From the NCBI GenBank assembly GCA_039586795.1, contig JBDHJS010000033.1:1-41906 (forward strand): a stretch of DNA of 41,906 nucleotides. The letters run 5' to 3'. The stretch comes from Gemmatimonadota bacterium (GTDB lineage Bacteria; Gemmatimonadota; Gemmatimonadetes; Palauibacterales; KS3-K002). How positions within the stretch are numbered: the first letter of the stretch is position 1; each line of letters opens with the position of its first letter. Made by a program: the position numbers and the translations under genes. Positions 34,588 to 41,906 of this stretch are shown here, piece by piece. Under the pieces are notes generated by a model, which worked only from the letters and a program-made list of their open reading frames with translations, had not been told where the DNA came from and did not search any database.

Positions 34588-36316
34588 GGACCCGTTCCTG
34601 ATCGACTTCAGCCCAGAGGTCGGCCTGGAATGGTAGTCGGACGGTAAGCTTGGAACCTTTCCCCACCTCACTCTCAACGTCGGTCGTACCCCCGTGTGCA
34701 GTAACGATCCCATGCACCACACAGAGGCCCAGACCCGTTCCCTCCCCCACGTCCTTGGTTGTGAAGAACGGGTTGAAGATCTGCTCCATGACCTCTTCGG
34801 TCATTCCCATCCCGGTATCCCGGACTTCGATGACTACCGAGCTCTCATCGCAGCTCGCCACGACCGTCAACGTGCCGCCGTTAGGCATCGCCTGTATGCC
34901 GTTCACGATCAGGTTGACCATAATCTGTTTGAGTTGGACCGGGTCCGCCGGGACGTCGGGCAAGTCCGATTCAACACGTTTTACGATCTCTATCCCCTCG
35001 TTGGCACACCGAGTCTCAACCAGGGTCAAGGCATAGTCCACGACTGGGGCAACGGACACCCAGGACACCTCGATGGGCGCTTGCCGGGCGAAGAGTTTGA
35101 GTTTGGTCACGATCTCTCGCGCCTGCAGGCTGGCCGCAACGATCTTCTTCAAGTCGTTCGCGGTGTCTTCTGCCAAGTCACAGCCCTTTCCCGCAAGCTG
35201 CGCATACCCCAGTATGCTGCCAAGCGGCTCATTGATCTCATGAGCCACGCCCGCTGCAAGCTGACCGATCGTGGCCAACCGGTCGGCGTGCCGCAGTTGC
35301 GCCTCGAGCTTCACCCGTTCCGCCGCAGCTTGACGCCTTTCGAGGAACGCTCCGATCTTCCTCGCAACACCGCGGATCAACTGCTCTTCTTCCTCGAGAA
35401 ATGGTCCGTTGACAACGTGCTGTACGTCTTCGACATACCCCACTTCGACCTCGCCACGAGATCTTCCGTTCACGACGATCTTCGCGACCTGCCGTGAGCG
35501 CGCCGCCTCGAAGTCACCTGGCGAATACGCGTGCCCGTCAAGAGTGATTCGCGCCACGGCGACTTCCGGGAACTGCCAGGCCGGCGGAAGAATCCGCACG
35601 ATTTGTTCAAGAGCTTCCTCCACGTCACCCGTGCTGTCCTCGACCACGCGGGCGATGCTGTAAAGGCAGGCCAGCTCCTTGACACGTTCCCGGAGTGCGG
35701 CCTGCGCCCGCCGTTGAGCGATGGCCAGTCCGAGTGTTTCCATCACCGCCTCGTATAACTCGATCATTTCGAGCGTAAACTCGTCTCGCAACGCATTCTC
35801 TAGACGCAGTATACCAAAGTTGTCGACGTCTATCGCGAAAGGAATAAGCGCCATCGAGGTGGTATCGGCATACACGCCCAATCGATCATCGTTCTGAGTT
35901 GAATGCCGAGTCACTGTGTCCACAACGTCCCCTGTCCAGAAACTTCCATGCGGGGTGAAGCACGGCGCTGCGTGGTCCACCTTTCCTTCCAGCTCATCGT
36001 GGACGATTCGCCCGAGACTCAACGATCCCCTCTCGTCGGATGAAGTCGGGCCGCTCTCCGGTTCGTCAACGCCCAGCGCTTCGTACACGAACGACTGCTC
36101 CGGTCGGCAGACCGCTCGCCATCGATACTCATGCTTCCCGCGGATCCGGAGCTCGAGCGCGTCACAACCAGAGAACCGCAGCAGCAACTTCGACAGCTCC
36201 TGCAAGAACTCGACGCGCGGAATCCCCTGGTTCGCAAGGTTCATGATCTGCCGCGAAAGCGTTATAAAGCCCCGGGGCAACTTGCCTGTCGATTGCGGCT
36301 GATCCTCTGCTTCCAT
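34580..36316 (-). CDS. Cytoplasmic sensor histidine kinase (NtrB-like, GAF-like input)
   Basis: GVAHEINEP H-box, NLIVNGIQA, DTGMG, FNPFFTTK, GTGLGL; no TM segments. Confidence 0.93.
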   Translation of the reverse strand: MEAEDQPQSTGKLPRGFITLSRQIMNLANQGIPRVEFLQELSKLLLRFSGCDALELRIRGKHEYRWRAVCRPEQSFVYEALGVDEPESGPTSSDERGSLSLGRIVHDELEGKVDHAAPCFTPHGSFWTGDVVDTVTRHSTQNDDRLGVYADTTSMALIPFAIDVDNFGILRLENALRDEFTLEMIELYEAVMETLGLAIAQRRAQAALRERVKELACLYSIARVVEDSTGDVEEALEQIVRILPPAWQFPEVAVARITLDGHAYSPGDFEAARSRQVAKIVVNGRSRGEVEVGYVEDVQHVVNGPFLEEEEQLIRGVARKIGAFLERRQAAAERVKLEAQLRHADRLATIGQLAAGVAHEINEPLGSILGYAQLAGKGCDLAEDTANDLKKIVAASLQAREIVTKLKLFARQAPIEVSWVSVAPVVDYALTLVETRCANEGIEIVKRVESDLPDVPADPVQLKQIMVNLIVNGIQAMPNGGTLTVVASCDESSVVIEVRDTGMGMTEEVMEQIFNPFFTTKDVGEGTGLGLCVVHGIVTAHGGTTDVESEVGKGSKLTVRLPFQADLWAEVDQERVHE

Positions 36317-36457
36317 TTCGATCGCTCGGCTGCGGCCGTTTGTACCACTGCTTCACCAGGTAGAAACCTAACCGACCCGCTCGAGCGTAGGAAGCGGCTT
36401 CCCATGCTCCAACTCCCACGTTGTCTTTCAGCTCGTCCTGGAGCCAAAATCCCTCGC

Positions 36458-36597
36458 GTGCCGAGCGGAAGCGGGCTACGAAATCAGACTGGCTCGCCGT
36501 TGCACCCCAGCAACTCGAAGCCGGTAGCTTCTCCGGCGTGCGAATAGATGGCTTGGCCCGCCAGCTGGGGATTGCCAAGGCCGGGTTCTACTGGCAC
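36458..36597 (+). pseudogene. TetR family regulator N-terminal fragment
   Basis: RKRATKSDWLAVA.QQLEAGSFSGVRIDGLARQLGIAKAGFYWH is a TetR HTH; similarity stops at the tRNA relic; candidate GTG start out of frame. Confidence 0.82.
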
Positions 36598-36650
36598 GAT
36601 TTGAACCCGCGACCTCTGCGACCCGAACGCAGCGGCTACGAGCCGCGGAG
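36598..36650 (-). pseudogene. tRNA-Pro(CGG) relic
   Basis: Minus strand CTGCG-TTCGGGT-CGCAG (anticodon arm), AGGTC, GCGGG-TTCAAAT-C (T arm, cut); degenerate D-arm-like CGCGGCTCGTAGC; acceptor stem absent. Confidence 0.8.
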
Positions 36651-36817
36651 CAACTGAGTCGACGGCGGCTTGGGTTCTCTGGTTCGGGTAAGACAAATGC
36701 TCGCCGCGCATCGGAGAGCCCCCGTCATCAGGACCGCTTGTCAACAGCCGACCTCCCACGGTAGTCTGCAGTTGTACACGCATGGGCGGGCTTCTTCCTA
36801 TTTGACTGAAAGGTGGC

Positions 36818-37990
36818 GTGATGAGAGAACTGCTGACCCTCCGCCGTCTGACGCTGCTGACTCTCCTCCTAGGGTTGTTGGCCGCATGTACGTCCGGCAC
36901 CGAGGGTGAGGGTCCCCTACAGGTCCGCGATGTCGAAATCGGAGAACCGGCGCTCGGCGATTCCAACATCTTCCGAGCCAGGGTCACCAACCGCGCCGAC
37001 ACGGCGCTACTGGTGGTCCTCGATCTGCGGGCCACGCCGGGGATGTGGTTCAGGCCGAACTGGCAGAGACAGTACGGGTTCGAGCTCGCCGGGCTAGAAA
37101 GCCGGTCGATCGAAGCGCCGTACAGCTTTGGGCGGATGAGCCCGGAGGCACAGCTGCGAGTTCGGCTGGGTCCGGGTCGGACCACGGCCGAGGGCTTCAG
37201 CATCGATACGATCACCTACGAGCGACGATTCAGCGTTGCCGAGGGCAATCCAGCGGCGATCGATGTCGAGGGCTCCTTTGACCTCGTGGTTGAGGGGCCG
37301 TTGGAGATCTACGCGTGGAAGGGTTCACTGGCGGCGCGGCGTGCCGAAGATATTGCGGCCCAGAGAGTCGGTGCAATCGAGGAGATCGCCGCGCTGCTGG
37401 ATGTCGCGCCGCCCGAAAGGATTCACCTGGTCCTCTATCCGGACTCGGCGACGAAGACGGGACAGACGGGCCACATAGGAGCGGGCTGGGCCTCGGGCAC
37501 GACGATCGTCGAGATCTACAACGAAGAGCTTCAGCTCGACCCGTTCCACGAGCTGAGCCACGTGCTGACCTACGAGCTGGGCGATCCACCGGCTGTTCTG
37601 GACGAGGGATTCGCCACTTACGTATCGGAGCGGCTGGGTGCGGACGCCCTCGCGTACATGGGCTCGTCGGGGCTGACGGTAAACGAGGCGGCCTGCCGGG
37701 CGCTCGAGGCGGGGAAGGCGCACTCCGTCGAGCGACTCGTCGCGCTGGAGGAGATCGGATCGGTCGAATCGCGCGCCGAGGTCGCCTATCCGCAGGCGGC
37801 CTCACTGGTGAAGTTTCTGCTAGAGCGATACGGGGTGGAATCGTTCCGGCAGGTGTTTCGTCTGGCGGCCGAGGCGGAAGGGACCGCCGGCGACCGTACG
37901 CGGGGGGCGCTGGAGCAGGTGCTGGGCGTGGGTCTGGGCGAGCTGGAAACGGAGTGGAAGGCCGAGATCGCGCCGGCCTGCGCGGATTAA
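36818..37990 (+). CDS. Lipoprotein with a gluzincin (peptidase MA-like) domain
   Basis: Lipobox LAAC, HELSH...LDEGFATY, AYPQAASLVKFLLERYG. Confidence 0.82.
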   Translation: MMRELLTLRRLTLLTLLLGLLAACTSGTEGEGPLQVRDVEIGEPALGDSNIFRARVTNRADTALLVVLDLRATPGMWFRPNWQRQYGFELAGLESRSIEAPYSFGRMSPEAQLRVRLGPGRTTAEGFSIDTITYERRFSVAEGNPAAIDVEGSFDLVVEGPLEIYAWKGSLAARRAEDIAAQRVGAIEEIAALLDVAPPERIHLVLYPDSATKTGQTGHIGAGWASGTTIVEIYNEELQLDPFHELSHVLTYELGDPPAVLDEGFATYVSERLGADALAYMGSSGLTVNEAACRALEAGKAHSVERLVALEEIGSVESRAEVAYPQAASLVKFLLERYGVESFRQVFRLAAEAEGTAGDRTRGALEQVLGVGLGELETEWKAEIAPACAD

Positions 37991-38071
37991 AGCTGGCGCT
38001 AGCTGCCGCGCTCACTGTTCGCGCTACGGCGAAGTCCTCCCAAGCAGCGTCATTAGTTCAGAGGCGACGTT

Positions 38072-39733
38072 TCACACTCCGCTCAAGTACCGGTGCACGT
38101 CGAGCACCGCCATCGAGCCTTCGCCCACTGCCGAGGCGACGCGCTTGACCGACCCGTGGCGTACGTCACCCGCGACGAAGACGCCCGGCACGCTGGTCTC
38201 GAGCAGGAACGGGGTCCGGTTCAGCGGTCCGAACCGTCCCGTACTACCGGTATCGACCACATCGCTCCCCGAGAGGATGAAGCCGTGCTCGTCACGGGCG
38301 ACAATGTCGCCGAGCCAATTCGTGTGCGGGAGCGCGCCGATGAAGATGAAGAGCGCGCTGGCCGGAACGGTCTCCCGGGTCCCGCCGTCAACACAAGAGA
38401 TGATGAGTCTCTCGAGGTGTGTCTCACCCTGGACCTCGAGCAGTTCGTTCCCTGTACGCACTCGAATCTTGTCGTTTGCCTGAATCTGGTCGATCAGATA
38501 CTGGGACATGCTGCTGGAAAGCGAATCACCGCGCACGAGCATCGTCACCGTGCGGGCGAATCCGGAGAAGTACATGGCGGCCTGCCCCGCCGAGTTCGCG
38601 CCGCCGACGACGTAGACATCCTGGTCTCGCACCGATTCGCCTTCGCTCATCGCCGCGCCGTAGTAGACCCCGGCCCCGTTGAGGCGCTCGACACCCTCAG
38701 CCGTTAGCTGCCGATACGAGACACCGGTCGCGATGAGCAGGGCGTGGCACTTCAGCTCGCTGCCATCTCCGAGTTTCACCGTCCTCGACGGCCCGTCGGC
38801 GGACAGCGCGACGGCCTCCTGCGCCGCCAGGATCTCGACTCCGAACCGCCGCGCCTGGGTCACGGCACGTCGTGCCAGCTCACCCCCGGACACGCCACTG
38901 GGGAAGCCGAGGTAGTTCTCGATCCGCGAGCTCGTCCCCGCCTGGCCGCCGGGCGCCTGCCTCTCGACCACCACCGTGCGCAGCCCCTCGGATGCCCCGT
39001 ACACCGCGGCGGCCAGACCGGCCGGACCGGCGCCCACGATCACGAGATCATAGAACGGCATATCGGCGGTGGTCTTCAGGCCGCAGCATTCAGCGATCTC
39101 ACGGTTTTCGGGCTTCTCGAGAATCGAGCCGTCCTGTAGAAAGAGGCACGGCAGTTCCAACTTCTCTTTCGCCGAGGCATCGATGAGGCTTCGTGCCTCC
39201 GCGCTCACCTCGGGGTCCATCCACAGGTATGGGATGCTGTTGCGCGCGAGGAACTCCTTGACCCGATGGGAGGCGGGATCCCACCGGTTGCCGACGACGC
39301 GAATACCCGCGAACGGGCGCCGGTAAGTCGATTGCCAGTCGTCGAGCAGGTCGGAGAGCACCGGGTAGAGCTTCTCTTCCGGTGGATCCCACGGTTTGAG
39401 AAGGTAGTGGTCGAGATGCACTTCATTGATCGCCCTGATCGCCGCGTCAGTGTCCGCGTAGGCCGTGAGGAGCACGCGCTTCGCCTCGGGATAGATCTCG
39501 ACCGCTCTCTGCAGGAACTCCACGCCGCTCATGGCCGGCATTCGCTGATCCACAAGCATGAGCGCCGACGTCTCACCGCGACGCTTGAGCTCCCAGAGGA
39601 GCTCCAAAGCGTCCGCGCCCGAATCGGCGCGGATGACCCGATACTCGGATCCGTATTCGCGTCTCAGGTCGCGCTCGACGGCCCGCAGGACATCCACATC
39701 GTCATCCACTGTCAGGATAGCAGGTCTTGTCAT
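38072..39733 (-). CDS. Receiver domain fused to a thioredoxin-reductase-like FAD oxidoreductase
   Basis: ILTVDDD, DQRMP, KPW; GAGPAG, GGQAG..SRIENYLGFP, GGANSAGQ, AGDVR. Start at ATG 39733. Confidence 0.92.
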   Translation of the reverse strand: MTRPAILTVDDDVDVLRAVERDLRREYGSEYRVIRADSGADALELLWELKRRGETSALMLVDQRMPAMSGVEFLQRAVEIYPEAKRVLLTAYADTDAAIRAINEVHLDHYLLKPWDPPEEKLYPVLSDLLDDWQSTYRRPFAGIRVVGNRWDPASHRVKEFLARNSIPYLWMDPEVSAEARSLIDASAKEKLELPCLFLQDGSILEKPENREIAECCGLKTTADMPFYDLVIVGAGPAGLAAAVYGASEGLRTVVVERQAPGGQAGTSSRIENYLGFPSGVSGGELARRAVTQARRFGVEILAAQEAVALSADGPSRTVKLGDGSELKCHALLIATGVSYRQLTAEGVERLNGAGVYYGAAMSEGESVRDQDVYVVGGANSAGQAAMYFSGFARTVTMLVRGDSLSSSMSQYLIDQIQANDKIRVRTGNELLEVQGETHLERLIISCVDGGTRETVPASALFIFIGALPHTNWLGDIVARDEHGFILSGSDVVDTGSTGRFGPLNRTPFLLETSVPGVFVAGDVRHGSVKRVASAVGEGSMAVLDVHRYLSGV

Positions 39734-39758
39734 AGGGCTCGACGGCTTCAAGGGAATT

Positions 39759-41189
39759 CTAGGAGATGCGCCCAACCGACTGGTCGCCGGTGGGCGCAGC
39801 TTTGTCTACCAGAAGGCTGACGAGGAACTCCGTATGGCCTGGGCGCGATTCGACGGCAATGTCACCGTGATACCGGCGTACGAGCCGACGTGTCATATCG
39901 AGCCCGAGGCCCGTACCCTCTCCGGGCGGCTTGGTCGTGAAGAACGGGTCGAAGATCCGCTCCAGCATGTCTGCGGGAATACCCGGTCCATTGTCGACCA
40001 CGCGGACCATCACCCGGTCCAGTTCTCTGCGCGCAACGATATCGATACGCCCGGCCTCGGGAATCGCGTATACCGCGTTATCGATGAGGTTCATCCAGAC
40101 CTGGTTGAGTTCACCGCCGATCGCGCGCACGCGGGGTAGGTCCGACTCGACGTCGAGCGCGATGTGGGCGCTCTTCGACTTCACCTTCGCATCCAACACC
40201 CTCAGGGTGTCCCGGATCCCGGCCTCCACGTCCACCGACTCGGGTCCCGCCAGGTTGTCCATGTACGTGAATCTCTTGACGGCGGCCACCAGCTCGTAGA
40301 TGCGGGTCGCCGCGTGCTCGACGTCAGCGGCGAGGGCGTGCGTCGCGCTACGGGCAGCGAGCCAGCGAAGGGCCGCGTCGAGCGTCTCGCCCGAAGCTGA
40401 GTTCGCCAGGCTATCGAGCGCCTCGATAGTGACGGCCGTGTCGGCGAGCGGCACCGCATGGTCGGGATCGGCTTGGTGGCGCGCGAGCCAATCGGCGATC
40501 TCGTCTTCACGATCCGCTTGATCGAGCGCGGATCGCGTACCACCGTCGGGCCTTGTCTGGCTGAGCGGGCGGACCTGCTCGATCGCGTCGACCAGTTCCT
40601 GTGTCAATTCGCCGGCGCTGAGCGCCCGCAGCGCCGCATCCAGCTGCGCGAACTCTTGCAGCAGCAGATTGGCCCCGCGTTTCGTCGCGGAGGCCGGGTT
40701 GTTGAGTTCGTGCGCGAGCCCCGCCGCCAGTTTCCCGAGTGATACCATCTTCTCATCCTGCAAGGCGCTGGTGTTGAAGTTGCGCGCGCGGTCCAGCATG
40801 GTGTGGACCGTGTAGGCCGTGAACGCCGGGCAGCAGTGAACCAACTCGGGGAAGTATTCCTCTTCAACAGCGAGGAGCTCGGTATCTTCGGCACAATAGT
40901 TGTCACCCGGCGGCCCCTTCATCCGGGAATACGGCAGCATCCCCGTGACTTCGCCAGCGTGCCACTCTGTAACCAGCCTGGGTCCAGCCCCGCGGTCCAC
41001 TCGAATCGCGACGTGCCCTGAGATGACCACCCACATCTTCTCGATGCGCTTTTCCTTCGGGCCGATCACGTGGCCTGCCTCGTGGGCCTCGAACGTGCCG
41101 TGCTCCACGAGCCACTCCAATTCTTCGGGCGGGATCCCTGCCAAGCGTGGCAGGGCAGCCAGGCGGTCTACCAGATCGGTAACGGACAT
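39759..41189 (-). CDS. Histidine kinase with N-terminal cyclic-nucleotide-binding-like domain
   Basis: cNMP-fold N-terminus, [42 protein letters not shown]. Confidence 0.92.
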   Translation of the reverse strand: MSVTDLVDRLAALPRLAGIPPEELEWLVEHGTFEAHEAGHVIGPKEKRIEKMWVVISGHVAIRVDRGAGPRLVTEWHAGEVTGMLPYSRMKGPPGDNYCAEDTELLAVEEEYFPELVHCCPAFTAYTVHTMLDRARNFNTSALQDEKMVSLGKLAAGLAHELNNPASATKRGANLLLQEFAQLDAALRALSAGELTQELVDAIEQVRPLSQTRPDGGTRSALDQADREDEIADWLARHQADPDHAVPLADTAVTIEALDSLANSASGETLDAALRWLAARSATHALAADVEHAATRIYELVAAVKRFTYMDNLAGPESVDVEAGIRDTLRVLDAKVKSKSAHIALDVESDLPRVRAIGGELNQVWMNLIDNAVYAIPEAGRIDIVARRELDRVMVRVVDNGPGIPADMLERIFDPFFTTKPPGEGTGLGLDMTRRLVRRYHGDIAVESRPGHTEFLVSLLVDKAAPTGDQSVGRIS

Positions 41190-41397
41190 GATTCGTGAAG
41201 ATAGCAGCGTCGGCCCGCAACTCTCAACAAGCTCGGCGTGCTTGGGTTACAGCCCGCCAGCGCCCCCCGCGTATCCTCTTGACTTATCGTGCCTTGCTTA
41301 CCAGATGTCGGTGGAACTGGCGTCCGACGAAGCGACCCAAGATTGAAGGGTCGACCTCCGGCCTTGATCGACCGCGAGGCGTCCCGGGAGAAGAGAT

Positions 41398-41906
41398 ATG
41401 TGGCAGCAAGCCCGTCGTGTGAGTCGAGTGGTGGGTCTGATGACGATAGGCCTGTCGTACGGGTCAGTGGCCCAGGCGCAATGGCCGTTGCAGCTCGCCG
41501 AGGATCCGGCTGAAGCACCGTTCGTGACCGAGGACCTCCACAACTTCGTCCGCGCCGCTGAGCGGCTCGCCTCCGAGGCCGACACCCTCGCCGTTCTCCA
41601 AGAGGAGTACCTCGACAAGGGCACGGCCGGGCTTCGCGCCTTCGCCGCGCGATACGATATCTCGGCGGAGCGCCTGCGAGCGGCCCTCCGTCAAGAGCCG
41701 GAGGCCTACAACGCTCTCGCCCGCAAGGTCCAGGTGCTGGAGGGACAATTGCCGACCTACCGGCAAGCGTACGCAGATCTCAAGCGCCACATTCCCGGGG
41801 CGGCCTTTCCGCCGACGTACCTCCTGGTGGGGACCTACCGCGGCATCGGTTCCGGGTCCGAAGTGGGGACGCTCGTGACGATCGAGAGGCGAAGCGAGGC
41901 TTCGCT
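41398..41906 (+). CDS. Exported protein, DUF2268/Zn-protease-like (partial, runs off the window)
   Basis: Translated by hand from ATG 41398 (GGAG RBS): signal peptide, TEDLHNF, LQEEYLDKGTAGL, AAFPPTYLLVG; catalytic motif not within the window. Confidence 0.65.
   Translation, partial: MWQQARRVSRVVGLMTIGLSYGSVAQAQWPLQLAEDPAEAPFVTEDLHNFVRAAERLASEADTLAVLQEEYLDKGTAGLRAFAARYDISAERLRAALRQEPEAYNALARKVQVLEGQLPTYRQAYADLKRHIPGAAFPPTYLLVGTYRGIGSGSEVGTLVTIERRSEAS

Overview
GC-rich bacterial chromosomal segment, probably from a diderm such as a Gemmatimonadota/Acidobacteriota-like organism (inferred from the PadR-ADOP pair, lipoproteins and beta-barrels; taxonomy not verified). In order: a partial ECF sigma factor; PIG-L deacetylase; divergent gcvPA-gcvPB-ATP-NAD/AcoX kinase operon; NlpC/P60-like protein; RNase Z-like MBL hydrolase; porin; FG-GAP lipoprotein; a MacB/LolCDE-type ABC operon; CIA30 protein; a Gate-domain transporter with M24 and M1 peptidases; PadR-ADOP permease; a sigma54/NtrC-associated HydABC(Bfu)-like operon ending in a stand-alone FMN glutamate-synthase domain; a gluzincin lipoprotein; a cNMP-HK with a REC-TrxB-like fusion; and a partial DUF2268-like protease. 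Two candidate novel systems stand out. (1) An ABC permease apparently split into two complementary genes, with its N-half fused to an AttH/CrtC-like domain. (2) A predicted electron-bifurcating complex lacking a hydrogenase/FDH catalytic domain, coupled to an orphan GltB FMN domain. Intergenic regions carry many gene relics (paralog fragments, TetR joined to a tRNA-Pro relic, truncated REC). No CRISPR array, rRNA, intact tRNA or transposase/integrase was seen. All family calls come from motif recognition by eye, not database searches.
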